From Halobacteriovoraceae bacterium (GTDB lineage Bacteria > Bdellovibrionota > Bacteriovoracia > Bacteriovoracales > Bacteriovoracaceae), in contig CAVRCF010000001.1 of assembly GCA_963719505.1 (NCBI GenBank), positions 384,001 through 448,000 on the forward strand: DNA of 64,000 nt, written 5' to 3'. Under the pieces are notes generated by a model that ran no database searches, was not told the origin of the DNA, and saw nothing but the letters and a program-made list of their open reading frames with translations. Below are positions 49,179-60,120 of the stretch, one piece after another. The position numbers and the translations under genes were made by a program. Every line of letters begins with the position of its first letter. The stretch's first letter is position 1.

Positions 49179-50255
49179 ATGTTGTATCATTTGTTATATC
49201 CAATGAGCTTGGACGTCTCGCTTTTTAATGTGTTTAGATATATCACTTTTCGATCCTTTATCGCATTTGTAGTAGCGTCTATAATTTCAATTTTATGGGG
49301 AAAACGTTTTATCGCTTTCATGCAAAGAAAGCAATTCGGTCAAACCATTCGCGAGGATGGACCAAAAGAGCACTTAAAAAAAGCTGGCACGCCGACTTTG
49401 GGTGGAATTTTTATCATAGGCTCCGTCGTGTTAACCATGATTGTTGCTGGCAACTTTTCATCACCACCTTTTATCGTTTGCTTACTTGTCATGATTTCAT
49501 TCTTCCTTCTTGGCTGGCTAGACGATTACTTAAAAATAATTAAAAAAAATTCTGATGGAGTTTCTGCAAAAGGAAAACTTGCATGGCAATTTTTAACCTC
49601 ACTCGCAGCATGTTGGTATCTCGTTGAGTTCGGAGTAATAGACACAAATCTTTATGTACCCTTCGTTAAGGGACCGCTGATTGATCTTGGTTGGTTCTAT
49701 ATGTTTTTTGGAAGCATTGTTATTGTGGGGTCGAGTAATGCCGTTAACTTAACTGATGGACTTGATGGCCTTGTTACTGGACCAGTAATAACGAGCTCAG
49801 CAACGCTGGGGATTTTAGCATACGTCGCAGGCCACGTCACAATCTCTCAGTATTTGTTTATTCCCTATATTGTCAATGTCGGTGAGCTAATGGTTCTTGC
49901 CGCGGCTATCGTTGGCGCAAGCGTTGGCTTCCTTTGGTACAATTCCTACCCCGCTCAAATATTTATGGGTGATGTTGGATCTTTATCACTTGGTGGTGTT
50001 TTAGGGACGATAGCAGTTGTGACAAAAAACGAAATCCTCTTTGTTGTTATCGGAGGAATATTTGTGATGGAGGCAGTCTCAGTCATTTTACAGGTAGGCT
50101 CATACAAACTAAGAAAGAAAAGAATATTTAAAATGGCTCCAATACACCATCACTTTGAGTTGAAAGGATGGCCCGAGCCAAAAGTAATCGTTAGATTTTG
50201 GATAATCAGTATCGTGTTATCCATACTAGCACTCGCAACATTAAAATTAAGATAG
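49179..50255 (+). CDS. mraY: Phospho-N-acetylmuramoyl-pentapeptide transferase
   Basis: GTPTLGG, NAVNLTDGLDGL, FMGDVGS, MAPIHHHFE. Confidence 0.98.
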   Translation: MLYHLLYPMSLDVSLFNVFRYITFRSFIAFVVASIISILWGKRFIAFMQRKQFGQTIREDGPKEHLKKAGTPTLGGIFIIGSVVLTMIVAGNFSSPPFIVCLLVMISFFLLGWLDDYLKIIKKNSDGVSAKGKLAWQFLTSLAACWYLVEFGVIDTNLYVPFVKGPLIDLGWFYMFFGSIVIVGSSNAVNLTDGLDGLVTGPVITSSATLGILAYVAGHVTISQYLFIPYIVNVGELMVLAAAIVGASVGFLWYNSYPAQIFMGDVGSLSLGGVLGTIAVVTKNEILFVVIGGIFVMEAVSVILQVGSYKLRKKRIFKMAPIHHHFELKGWPEPKVIVRFWIISIVLSILALATLKLR

Positions 50256-50263
50256 GAGAAATA

Positions 50264-51643
50264 ATGGAAAAGTATAATGGTAAGAAAGTTTTAGTTATCG
50301 GTCTTGGGAAAACAGGATTTGCTTTGATTAATCTCTTTAATCAATTCAAATGTGAAATTCGTGTAACAGATATAAAACCAATTTTTGATTTAAATAAGCC
50401 TGTTAAAAGACTTAAAAAAGTTACTCCGACACCAGCGATGACTTTAGGTGAGCACAAGCTTGAAGATTTCCTCGCTGCTGATATTATTGTTTATTCATCA
50501 AGCGTAGATCCAAATATGCCTCAACTTCAGGCTGCGAGAGAAGCTGGTAAAGCAGTTTATAGTGAGTTTGCTTTTGCTTATGAAAATTGTGATAAACCGG
50601 TTATTGCAGTTTGTGGAAGTAAGGGAAGAACAACGATTGCCCACATGATTGGTTTTGCTTTAAAATTAGAAAAGAAAAACGTTTTTGTTGGTGGAACAAA
50701 CACTGAACCATTTTGTAACTTTCTTATTCAACCAGAAAAAGATGATATTGATTACGTCGTTGTTGAGGTTAGTCCATTCCAATTACAATCAATGGATAAC
50801 TTTAGTCCCATTTTAGCAGTTTATCCAAATATCGAAGAGAGAACAATTGAAGGCAGATTTAAAACTGCAGGTGAGTATATTGAAAACTCACTTAAAGTGT
50901 TGAAAAACTTAAGTAAAGATAATTATTTAATCGTAAACTTTGATAAACTTTCAAGTAACTCTATTTTGAGAAACTCTGAAGCTCAAACGTTTTGGTACTC
51001 AAGAAAATCATTTGTTAAAATGGGAGTTATTACTGAGATCCAAGGAACTCACTTCCACGATAAAAGAATTCATTCCAACACACATTATCACTCAGAGTTT
51101 AAAGTTAACCAGATGAGAATTGTGGGTCAAAATAATAGAGAAAACCTTCTCGCGGCTATCACAGCTTTGAAAGCACTAAAGGTTTCAGATGTGTCTATTC
51201 AACAGGCCATTGAAAAGTTTCCTGGAATACCACATAGAATGGAATTTGTGATCGAGAAAAGTGGAGTTATGTTTTATAACGATGCCAAGTCAGAGACAAT
51301 GGCTGAGATGGCAGAGACTCTTCGCAATTTAAAGGGATCTGTAATCCTTATCTCTGGCGGAAAAGACACTGAGCAAATGTACGAAGGTTATAACGATATT
51401 ATCAACGAAAAAGTTCGCTTAATGGTTCTCGTTGGTGAGTGTAAAGAAAACATGAATAGGATCATAGGTGATTCGACTCAGACATTCTTAGTTGGATCTT
51501 TCGACGAATCTATTTTGTTGGCATTTCAAAAGTCGAGAACTGGTGACACGATCATTTTATGTCCAGGTAATGACTCCACAGATATTTTTAGAGATTATGA
51601 AGAGAAAGGTAACTATTATAAGAAATTAATTTTTCAAATATAA
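50264..51643 (+). CDS. murD: MurD-like Mur ligase with degenerate catalytic motifs
   Basis: VLVIGLGKTG, FPGIPHRME, LISGG; position mraY-murD-ftsW; P-loop reads GSKGRTT. Confidence 0.8.
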   Translation: MEKYNGKKVLVIGLGKTGFALINLFNQFKCEIRVTDIKPIFDLNKPVKRLKKVTPTPAMTLGEHKLEDFLAADIIVYSSSVDPNMPQLQAAREAGKAVYSEFAFAYENCDKPVIAVCGSKGRTTIAHMIGFALKLEKKNVFVGGTNTEPFCNFLIQPEKDDIDYVVVEVSPFQLQSMDNFSPILAVYPNIEERTIEGRFKTAGEYIENSLKVLKNLSKDNYLIVNFDKLSSNSILRNSEAQTFWYSRKSFVKMGVITEIQGTHFHDKRIHSNTHYHSEFKVNQMRIVGQNNRENLLAAITALKALKVSDVSIQQAIEKFPGIPHRMEFVIEKSGVMFYNDAKSETMAEMAETLRNLKGSVILISGGKDTEQMYEGYNDIINEKVRLMVLVGECKENMNRIIGDSTQTFLVGSFDESILLAFQKSRTGDTIILCPGNDSTDIFRDYEEKGNYYKKLIFQI

Positions 51644-51686
51644 TTAACCATTGATGTTCCATGTCACGTTCTGATACCATTTGTTT

Positions 51687-52811
51687 ATGACAGAAAAGAT
51701 AAAAAAATATTTTATTTGGGACATCAGCATACTTGTCTTTATTGGTCTGGTAATGGTGTGGTCATCTAGTTGGATCGTCGCTAAAGAAAACCTTGGATCT
51801 TCAATTCACTTTGTCTCTAAACAGATAATTTTTTTAGCGCTTGGATCTGCCCTGGCTTTTGCAGTTTCTAAATCAAAGCTTGGCTTCTGGTTTAGAAATG
51901 CTTACCGAATAAATTGCGTTGCTACATTCCTTCTTTTTTTAACATTTACCCCAATGGGACTTGTAATAAAAGGATCGAGTCGCTGGCTAAGCTTTGGTGG
52001 ATATAACTTACAACCTGGTGAATTTGTAAAATACACTGTTATGTTCTGTGCCCTTAGTTATTTTTCAAATTTTAATAAGTACTCACGCAACGATAAAATG
52101 CTTTACGTGCTCAATCTCATCGTCCCTTTAGGCCTTCTTATTATGCAGCCCGATTTCGGAACTTTTAGTATCACCGCTGTAATGATCGCTTTTATTTGGT
52201 TTATGAGCGACCTTCCAAGAAAATACTTTTACTCATCAATGGTTTTAGGGGCTGTCTCTGGTGCCGCTGTCTTGGTCGCTGCTCCCTATAGAGTTAAACG
52301 ATTGATGACCTTTTTAGATCCTTGGGCAGATCCTCAAGGTTCAGGTTTTCAAATCATTCAGTCTTATCTGGCCTTTGCAAATGGACATGTTTTTGGAAAA
52401 GGAATTGGAAATAGTAATGAGAAGCTCTACTATCTTCCAGAAGCTTACAATGACTTTATCTTCAGCGTCATTGGTGAAGAATTGGGTTTAATAGGAGTCA
52501 TCGCTGTTGTTGCTTTTTATATGATCTTTATTTACCTAGGTTTTCGTCTAGCATTGTCAGTGAAAAGTAAATTAAACACACAACTTATTGCAGCAGTTAT
52601 TTTTGCGATCGGTTTTCAAGCATTTTTAAATATGGGTGTCGTGCTAGGTCTTTTGCCAACAAAAGGGCTTAACTTGCCTTTTATCTCTTATGGTGGATCA
52701 TCATTGGTAGCAAACCTTATCGCTTTAGGGGCAGTTTTTTGCGCTTTATCCCCAAAGTCACAAATTGTTGACGAGGAATCCAAGCCTCAGTCTTACTCAT
52801 TTAACCCTTAG
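51687..52811 (+). CDS. ftsW: Peptidoglycan polymerase FtsW
   Basis: GSSRW, QPGEFVK, QPDFGT, LPEAYNDFIF, LPFISYGGSS. Confidence 0.95.
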   Translation: MTEKIKKYFIWDISILVFIGLVMVWSSSWIVAKENLGSSIHFVSKQIIFLALGSALAFAVSKSKLGFWFRNAYRINCVATFLLFLTFTPMGLVIKGSSRWLSFGGYNLQPGEFVKYTVMFCALSYFSNFNKYSRNDKMLYVLNLIVPLGLLIMQPDFGTFSITAVMIAFIWFMSDLPRKYFYSSMVLGAVSGAAVLVAAPYRVKRLMTFLDPWADPQGSGFQIIQSYLAFANGHVFGKGIGNSNEKLYYLPEAYNDFIFSVIGEELGLIGVIAVVAFYMIFIYLGFRLALSVKSKLNTQLIAAVIFAIGFQAFLNMGVVLGLLPTKGLNLPFISYGGSSLVANLIALGAVFCALSPKSQIVDEESKPQSYSFNP

Positions 52812-52820
52812 GTTTTAAAC

Positions 52821-53849
52821 ATGGAAAAAATATATCTTGTTGCAGGTGGTACTGGTGGTCATATAAATGCAGCCTTGTCGATTGGTAAGGATTATAAAAA
52901 AACGTATGACGTTCACTATATAACGGGCACCCGCTATTTAGATTATCAACTTTTTAAAGGTGAAAATGTTATTCACCTAGAGAGTAAGCCTCTAAAGGTA
53001 AAAAATCCGATCTATCTGAGTGTGAATATTGTTAAAAACATCTTTGTGTTCATTAAATTAATTTTTTTATTTCTTAAGACAAAGCCAAAGTTTTTCATCG
53101 GAGCTGGTGGGTATGTCTGTGGACCAGCTCTTTTGGCGGGATGGATTTTAAGAAAACCAATTTTTATTATCGAACAAAATGCAACAGTTGGGCTAACAAA
53201 TAAGCTGTTGGCAAAAATATCAAATAGAGTTTTCGTGCATTTTGAAAAGACAAGAGGATTAGAGAATCACAATAATCTTGTTCTTGCAGGAAACCCAATC
53301 AGAAAAGACATAGGCTTTAGCGAACAAAAATTAGAAGGCGATAAAATTAAAGTCTTAGCATATGGTGGAAGTCTTGGGGCTAACCAGATCAATAAGTCTC
53401 TTTATAAATATGTTCCTCATAAGAAAGAAAATATTCATATTCATCATCAAGTGGGAAAAGATAATATAAATCCGGAGATTGTCGCAAAAAACTATGAACA
53501 AATGGAGTATATCTCAGACATGCAAAAAGAATACGATTGGGCGAATATTATCGTGGCCCGATCTGGTGCTTCAACAGTTGCTGAGTTAAGAGTCGTGGGA
53601 AAGCCTTGTATTCTCATTCCATTTCCAGGGCATTCAGATCATCATCAACAATATAATGCTGAAGAATTAAAAAAGGATGCAAACTTTCCGGTAATGATAC
53701 TCAATAGCATGGCTTCGACAAAGCAGCTAGCCGAAGAGTTAGAAGATATAATAGAAAACTTTGAATTTAGTGACAAAAAGCTAGAAAGAACAAATGTGAT
53801 TGATTCTTTCGCTATTATAGATAAAGAGATTCAAAAATGTATGGAATAA
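52821..53849 (+). CDS. murG: Undecaprenyl-PP-MurNAc-pentapeptide GlcNAc transferase
   Basis: AGGTGGH, EQN, GNPIR, GGSLGA, RSGAST. Confidence 0.95.
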   Translation: MEKIYLVAGGTGGHINAALSIGKDYKKTYDVHYITGTRYLDYQLFKGENVIHLESKPLKVKNPIYLSVNIVKNIFVFIKLIFLFLKTKPKFFIGAGGYVCGPALLAGWILRKPIFIIEQNATVGLTNKLLAKISNRVFVHFEKTRGLENHNNLVLAGNPIRKDIGFSEQKLEGDKIKVLAYGGSLGANQINKSLYKYVPHKKENIHIHHQVGKDNINPEIVAKNYEQMEYISDMQKEYDWANIIVARSGASTVAELRVVGKPCILIPFPGHSDHHQQYNAEELKKDANFPVMILNSMASTKQLAEELEDIIENFEFSDKKLERTNVIDSFAIIDKEIQKCME

Positions 53850-55231
53850 ATAAAGATCTCCACCTCCATTTTATTGGAATCGGTGGAATAGGAATGAGTG
53901 GAATTGCCAAAGTTCTAATGAACCTTGGGTACTCGATAAGTGGATCGGATCTTGGCGAGAATGAAACGACTGAAAAGTTAAAGCTTGCAGGTGCAAAAAT
54001 TTACAAAGGCCACTCAAAAGAGAATATTAAAGATGTACAAATTGTTGTGTACTCTTCAGCTATAGACCCCACAAATCCAGAAATCATTGAAGCAAAAGCT
54101 CAAAAAATCCCAATGATCAGAAGAGCAGAGATGCTTGCAGAGCTGATGCGTCTAAAGTACGGGATGGCTGTTGCTGGCTCTCATGGTAAAACGACTACGA
54201 CGAGTTTTCTCTCTACTATAATGAATGGTCTCAACCATAATCCGACATATATCATTGGAGGGCTCGTTAAAAACCTTCAAGATAATGCAGCGATTGGCGA
54301 TAGCGACCTTCTTATCGCCGAAGCCGATGAATCAGACGGATCTTTTCTATACCTCAACCCTATAATGTCGGTGATTACAAATATTGATAACGACCACCTC
54401 GACTATCATAAAACCTTAGAGAACCTTCATAATGCCTTTTCTGAATTTTCAAATAAAGTACCCTTTTATGGTGTTGTCGCTTTAAATGCAAATGATAAAC
54501 CTAGTGTCGCTCTTCTAAAAAAATTAAAGAGACCTCATATCTTCTTTGCCGTTGAGGGGCTAGAGCTGCATACTTCTGAGGTGGATATGTTTGCTCGAGA
54601 TGTTGAAGAGACAGTGGATGGAGCTAAGTTCAAAGTAGTCGTAGAAAATGAAATTGTTCCTTTTGAAATTTCTTTGAATGGTTTACACAATATATCAAAT
54701 GCACTTGGAGCTATTTCTTTAGCTAGGGCTTACGGTGCCAAGCTCACTGATATTGCCAAGGCAATCAAAACATTTGAGGGTGTCAGTAGAAGACAAGAAG
54801 TAATTTACACAAGTGACTCACTTGTAATTATCGATGACTACGCCCATCACCCAACAGAAATAAAAGCAACAATAAGTACCGTTAAAAATAAATTTCCACA
54901 GAAAAAGTTAATCGTATGCTTTGAGCCCCATCGCTTTTCCAGAACAAAGAATTTCTGGGAAGAGTTTATTGCAAGCTTTGAAGGCGCTGGAGAGGTTTAT
55001 ATCTCTCCTATTTACGCTGCTAGTGAGCAACCTATCCCCTATATAGACTCTGAGATTTTAGTTAAAAATATTAATAGCACTGGTCTTCCATGCTTTTATT
55101 TAGAGAGTACTAAAAAGATAGTCGATGTTATAGACAACCACTTAAAAGACCAGACCGTTATACTCACCTTAGGTGCTGGTGCAATAAGTAAGATTGTGAA
55201 AGAGATTGTTAATGAAAAGTTTAGAAAGTGA
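53837..55231 (+). CDS. murC: UDP-MurNAc--L-alanine ligase
   Basis: HFIGIGGIGMSG, AGSHGKTTT, EADESD, DDYAHHPTE. Confidence 0.97.
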   Translation: MYGINKDLHLHFIGIGGIGMSGIAKVLMNLGYSISGSDLGENETTEKLKLAGAKIYKGHSKENIKDVQIVVYSSAIDPTNPEIIEAKAQKIPMIRRAEMLAELMRLKYGMAVAGSHGKTTTTSFLSTIMNGLNHNPTYIIGGLVKNLQDNAAIGDSDLLIAEADESDGSFLYLNPIMSVITNIDNDHLDYHKTLENLHNAFSEFSNKVPFYGVVALNANDKPSVALLKKLKRPHIFFAVEGLELHTSEVDMFARDVEETVDGAKFKVVVENEIVPFEISLNGLHNISNALGAISLARAYGAKLTDIAKAIKTFEGVSRRQEVIYTSDSLVIIDDYAHHPTEIKATISTVKNKFPQKKLIVCFEPHRFSRTKNFWEEFIASFEGAGEVYISPIYAASEQPIPYIDSEILVKNINSTGLPCFYLESTKKIVDVIDNHLKDQTVILTLGAGAISKIVKEIVNEKFRK

Positions 55232-56108
55232 AATTCAATCGCTAGAAAATATAGATTTCAAGGTTTCCTGCGATCTCTCAAAATTTACCACTATTAAGCT
55301 AAAAAAAGTTGGTGACGTCCTTATTGTGCGTTCACTTGAATCTTTGAAAAAATCTTTGGAAATTATAAAACGCTATAAAAAAAAGTATCACCTTGTCGGT
55401 TGGGGCGCAAACCAGATTCTCCTAAATACAAAGGACGTTATCTTTATAAAAATAATGTTTGACTTTGATCGAAGCTATCTTGCAAGCCCAAAGGATGAGT
55501 ATGTCTTACCGGCTAATGTGCCTCTTAACATTCTAACCAGTCATGCAAAAAAGTTTGGACTTTCTGGATGGGAAGTTTTCACCGGCATACCCGCGAGTCT
55601 CGGTGGGGCTATTTATATGAATGCAGGCACGAACTTAGGTGAGATGAAAGATATCGTTAAGTCAGTGACAATTTTAAGAACCTCCTTAAATGTTGAAGAG
55701 GTTGTGGTAGACGAAACCTCTTTTAGTTATAGAGAAAATAGTATCATAAAGCCAGGTGACATCATCGTTGGGGCCACTCTTTTCCATCATGGATTAGATG
55801 ATTTAATCGGTAAAAAGATTGATAATTACCTAACTTTAAGGAAGGAAACTCAACCACTTCAGAGCTTTAACTGTGGCTGTGTGTTCAAAAACTTCGATAT
55901 AAATCATAGAGCTGGTCAATATATTGACGTTATTGGTTTAAAAGGTCTTAGGTTAGGAGATCTGATGGTAAGTGAAAAGCATGCAAACTTTATAGAGAAT
56001 ACTGGATCCGCGAAATCTGAGGATTTCGTCAATCTTACTGAAGAGTTAAAATACCAACTAGAACTCTTTTCGGGAATTCAGTTTGAATTAGAAGCAAAAG
56101 TCTATTAA
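55212..56108 (+). CDS. murB: UDP-N-acetylmuramate dehydrogenase
   Basis: GIPASLGGAIYMNAG, FSYR, NCGCVFKN, SEKHANF. Confidence 0.93.
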   Translation: MKSLESEIQSLENIDFKVSCDLSKFTTIKLKKVGDVLIVRSLESLKKSLEIIKRYKKKYHLVGWGANQILLNTKDVIFIKIMFDFDRSYLASPKDEYVLPANVPLNILTSHAKKFGLSGWEVFTGIPASLGGAIYMNAGTNLGEMKDIVKSVTILRTSLNVEEVVVDETSFSYRENSIIKPGDIIVGATLFHHGLDDLIGKKIDNYLTLRKETQPLQSFNCGCVFKNFDINHRAGQYIDVIGLKGLRLGDLMVSEKHANFIENTGSAKSEDFVNLTEELKYQLELFSGIQFELEAKVY

Positions 56109-56118
56109 ACTATAAGCT

Positions 56119-56877
56119 ATGAGAAATATACTAATTACTATTTCCTTATTCTCACTCCTTTTTCTTGGCGAAGTTTTTTCGGCTCCAAAAACAAATACAT
56201 TTATTGGAGAGCTTCATTACAAAACAGTTTTTAATAAATGTCCGTCAAAAGTTGGTGGAAAGCTGACGCTACTTTTGATGAGAGAATTCGAAAAAAATAA
56301 GTCATTAAAAGATGTTAAAGAAAAGATTGTGACTGAAAAGCTTGATCAAAAGTACTTCTTGAGTGATTACAAAATTACATTTGATCCACTTCTTAATAGA
56401 ATTAAATTTGACTTTGAATGCCCAGACGCATTGATGAAAGTTCAAATATATAAGAAAAATGGAGATGAATTCTATACAGCAATTTTGGTTGATAACGGAG
56501 ACCTTGTAGATCCAACATATGAAGTGCTTTTAAGAAGTGAAAAAAAACTTAAAGGAAAACTTCCGGAGTTAGCGGTCCCCGTCAGTGTTTTAGACAGTAA
56601 AGGGCATTTAGAAATAACAAAACTTGTGGCCAAGATGGCACCAGACTTTAGAAAGAAAATTTCTGAAGTTATCATTAACGATAATAGTGAGTTAACTATT
56701 ATTCTCTCGATCAATAAAAGAGCCGCTAGTGTTTTCATGGGGAAAGATTACTGGAGCGAAAAAGTCGGGAAACTTGTAAAAGTAATAACTTACCTTAAAA
56801 AGAAAAAAACTATTCCGGCAATTATAAATCTTACCAATTCTAAGAAAATAGTTGTCAAGTTCTCTGACACACTCTAA
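56119..56877 (+). CDS. Divergent FtsQ-like protein
   Basis: Position murB-X-ftsA; C-terminal IINLTNSKKIVVK resembles FtsQ IDLRxxxxIVVK. Confidence 0.5.
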   Translation: MRNILITISLFSLLFLGEVFSAPKTNTFIGELHYKTVFNKCPSKVGGKLTLLLMREFEKNKSLKDVKEKIVTEKLDQKYFLSDYKITFDPLLNRIKFDFECPDALMKVQIYKKNGDEFYTAILVDNGDLVDPTYEVLLRSEKKLKGKLPELAVPVSVLDSKGHLEITKLVAKMAPDFRKKISEVIINDNSELTIILSINKRAASVFMGKDYWSEKVGKLVKVITYLKKKKTIPAIINLTNSKKIVVKFSDTL

Positions 56878-56972
56878 AGTTATAGTAAGTGCGTAGTGCA
56901 CAACTAATGATTACAGAATGAATCTGTGACTGTATTTAAACATTTAGAAATATAGTGAGAAAGGAATCTCGC

Positions 56973-58223
56973 ATGAACGAAAAGCAACAAATAGTATCTT
57001 TAGACGTCGGAACGACGAAGGTATGTACTATCATTGGTACGGCCAGTTCTGATGGAATCGAAATAATCGGGGTGGGTTCACATCCAAGCTACGGTCTTAA
57101 AAAAGGTTCAGTCGTAAATATCGATAAGACAGTTCGATCTATTCGTTGTTCTATTGAAGACGCTAAGCAGATGTCTGGTGTTCAAGATATTACTCACGCA
57201 ACAATCGGAATAGCTGGAAATCATATCTATTGTTTTAATAGTTCTGGAGTTGTTGCAGTTAAAGGAAAAGAGATTGTTGCAGCGGATGTTGATAGAGTTA
57301 TCGAAGCAGCGAAAGCAGTTCTAATACCTTCGGATAGAGAAGTTCTTCACGTTATTCCACAAGAGTTTAGAGTTGATAACACCGCTGGTATTAAAAACCC
57401 TGTCGGTATGTGTGGTTCACGTCTAGAAGCCCATGTTCATATCGTTACAGGAAAAACTCCACTCATTCAAAACCTTATTAAATGTGTTGAAGCGGCTGGA
57501 ATTCATGCAGAAAATATAATCTTACAACCAATTGCTTCATCAAGATCAGTTTTAACAGATGAAGAAAAAGAGCTTGGTGTTGTTCTTGTCGATATTGGCG
57601 GTGGAACAACTGATATAGCAGTTTGGAAAGATGGAAGCTTAATTCACTCTCAGATTATTCCTGTTGGCGGTAACCATTTTACAAATGATTTAGCTGTCGC
57701 TTTAAAGATTCCACATAACGAAGCAGAAAGAATAAAGTTAAATCATGGATGTGTTCTTCCAGAAAAAGTAAATCAATCAGCTCATATATCAGTTCAAGGT
57801 TTATCTGGCACAAAGCCAAGAGAAGTAAGACTTGGCACTGTCGCTGAAGTTCTCGGTGCTAGAGCAGAAGAGTTATTCTCTGTTATTGAAAATATGGTAA
57901 AAGACAATAATCTCCACACTTTAATTAACGGAGGTTATGTTATCACCGGTGGTGGAGCTTTAATTAAGGGTCTTCAAGAGTTGGCAGAATATGTTCTTGA
58001 AAAGCCAGCGAAGATTGGTTTTCCAAAACCTTTTGGCGGAATGACTAATATTATGCAAAATCCAAAATTTTCTACAGTATTAGGGTTGATGTTAGAGTCT
58101 ACAAAAGATTTTGATAGTAATAATAAAAAAACGAAGAACTCAGATAAGAATATTTCAAGTGAACACGACATACTTGGAAGATTTAGTGACTCTTTAAAAA
58201 ATGTATTTAGAGAAATATTTTAA
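56973..58223 (+). CDS. ftsA: Cell division protein FtsA
   Basis: [30 protein letters not shown]. Confidence 0.97.
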   Translation: MNEKQQIVSLDVGTTKVCTIIGTASSDGIEIIGVGSHPSYGLKKGSVVNIDKTVRSIRCSIEDAKQMSGVQDITHATIGIAGNHIYCFNSSGVVAVKGKEIVAADVDRVIEAAKAVLIPSDREVLHVIPQEFRVDNTAGIKNPVGMCGSRLEAHVHIVTGKTPLIQNLIKCVEAAGIHAENIILQPIASSRSVLTDEEKELGVVLVDIGGGTTDIAVWKDGSLIHSQIIPVGGNHFTNDLAVALKIPHNEAERIKLNHGCVLPEKVNQSAHISVQGLSGTKPREVRLGTVAEVLGARAEELFSVIENMVKDNNLHTLINGGYVITGGGALIKGLQELAEYVLEKPAKIGFPKPFGGMTNIMQNPKFSTVLGLMLESTKDFDSNNKKTKNSDKNISSEHDILGRFSDSLKNVFREIF

Positions 58224-58233
58224 TTCGGAGGAT

Positions 58234-59709
58234 ATGATGTTTGAAATAGCCGATCAAAACGAAAAAGAAGTTGGTGCAAAAATTAAAGTAATTGGTGTCG
58301 GAGGCGGTGGATGTAATGCTGTTAATACGATGATCAAGTCTGGTTTATCTGGAGTTGAGTTTATCGTTGCTAACACGGACTCACAAGCTCTTGCAGCCAA
58401 CTTAGCACCAACAAAAATTCAACTAGGTTCTGACTTAACAAAAGGTCTTGGAGCAGGTGCAAATCCAGAAGTCGGAAGAAAAGCGGCTCTTGATGATTAC
58501 GAAAGATTAAGTGATGTTCTTGACGGCGCAGATATGGTTTTTGTCACTGCCGGAATGGGCGGTGGAACAGGAACTGGAGCTGCACCAGTTATAGCAAAAC
58601 TAGCAAAAGAAATGGGTGCACTAACAGTTGGTGTTGTTACAAAGCCATTTATGTTTGAAGGTAAAAAGAGAATGAAGCAAGCAGGACTTGGTATTCAAGC
58701 TCTTGAAGAGTGCGTTGACTCACTAATTACGATTCCAAACCAAAGACTCCTTCAGCTAGCAGGTGAAAGTCTTTCTCTTGTTGATACTTTTAGAAAAGCT
58801 GATGAAGTATTACTTCATGCAGTACAAGGTATTTCAGACCTGATTAATAATACCGGATTTATAAATGCTGACTTTGCGGATGTAAGTACTGTAATGGCAA
58901 ATAAAGGTCTTGCTCTTATGGGTACAGGTATTTGTAGTGGTCCTGATAGAGCTGTGAAAGCTGCAACAGACGCAATAAGTTCACCTCTACTTGAAGATAT
59001 TACAATTGATGGGGCAACTGGAATTATCATTAATATTTCAGGAAGCAGCTCTTTATCTATGCACGAAACAAATGAGGCTGTAACTCTAATAATGGAAGCG
59101 GCTGACGAAGATGCTGAAATTATTTTTGGAACAGTAATTGATGAAGACTTAGGTGATGATATCAAGATCACCGTTATAGCAACTGGTCTTGGCGGAGGAA
59201 CTACGGTCCGCGAAATTGGAAAACCAGTGTCTGAAATAGCAAGCCAGAGAATTGAGCCTACTTTTCAAGCTCCAGCTTACGTTGAGCCAATGGATTCACC
59301 AATGGAAGAGCTTCCAGCTTTTTCAGAAGCTATAACTAATAACGATACATCTACTCTTGATACTTTCTTAACAGAGAGCTCTGTTAATGAATTAAGAGAA
59401 GAGACAATCGAAGCGAATCAAAGTCGCTATGAAGATCTTTCAGCTCCAGCAAAAGCACCAGCAAAAGAGAGATCTAATCTCGCTCAAACAATTCAAAATG
59501 CAGCTCATAACTATGAGTCGACTAAGAGTGAAGAAGATAGTGTTGAACTAAGTTCACACAATGACTCTCAAAAAGAAGAAGTCGCAAAAGAGGGCTCAAG
59601 AGCGAAGTCAATAGCTGAAAAACTAGGCTTTATGAATTTTGATGATGATGAATTTGATACTCCAAGCTTTATGAGAAAAGATGGACCAGCTTCAGAGTCT
59701 CAGCCATAG
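58234..59709 (+). CDS. ftsZ: Cell division protein FtsZ with long acidic linker
   Basis: GVGGGG, GGGTGTG tubulin signature, NADFADV, C-terminal DTPSFMRK. Confidence 0.98.
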   Translation: MMFEIADQNEKEVGAKIKVIGVGGGGCNAVNTMIKSGLSGVEFIVANTDSQALAANLAPTKIQLGSDLTKGLGAGANPEVGRKAALDDYERLSDVLDGADMVFVTAGMGGGTGTGAAPVIAKLAKEMGALTVGVVTKPFMFEGKKRMKQAGLGIQALEECVDSLITIPNQRLLQLAGESLSLVDTFRKADEVLLHAVQGISDLINNTGFINADFADVSTVMANKGLALMGTGICSGPDRAVKAATDAISSPLLEDITIDGATGIIINISGSSSLSMHETNEAVTLIMEAADEDAEIIFGTVIDEDLGDDIKITVIATGLGGGTTVREIGKPVSEIASQRIEPTFQAPAYVEPMDSPMEELPAFSEAITNNDTSTLDTFLTESSVNELREETIEANQSRYEDLSAPAKAPAKERSNLAQTIQNAAHNYESTKSEEDSVELSSHNDSQKEEVAKEGSRAKSIAEKLGFMNFDDDEFDTPSFMRKDGPASESQP

Positions 59710-59732
59710 TAATTAAAAAATTAATTGAATAT

Positions 59733-59762
59733 AAAAGCCTCACTTAGTGGGGCTTTTTTTTT
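59733..59762. terminator. Bidirectional intrinsic terminator
   Basis: AAAAGCCTCAC-TTA-GTGGGGCTTTTTTTTT between convergent genes. Confidence 0.85.
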
Positions 59763-60120
59763 GGTAATAATCTAAAGTCGTTATAATCTTATTGTTCACT
59801 TCTTTGTAGGATGGCCTAAGAAATCCTAAGTGACCTTCTTCGTAGTATTTAATTTTTTTGTGATAAAGTTCAACACTCTGTTCTTCTTGGCCAGGTGAAC
59901 ACTCACAAGAATCAATGATAACCCATTCGCTACTTTTGTAGTCCTTAAAATGAGCCTGACAAAATGAAAGGCCGTCTGATTCTATGATAGAGTCTTCTTC
60001 GAAAATTTCGTTACAAATAACACAAATACTTTTGGATGAAATTTTTTGATTTTTGTTCATTGACTGCGAAACAAAAAATGCAATTAAAATAATTATGATC
60101 GCTAAATATACAGCTATCAC
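59740..60120 (-). CDS. Hypothetical membrane-anchored protein with Zn-ribbon-like motif
   Basis: N-terminal TM, CVIC...CQAH. Confidence 0.55.
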   Translation of the reverse strand: MIAVYLAIIIILIAFFVSQSMNKNQKISSKSICVICNEIFEEDSIIESDGLSFCQAHFKDYKSSEWVIIDSCECSPGQEEQSVELYHKKIKYYEEGHLGFLRPSYKEVNNKIITTLDYYQKKSPTK

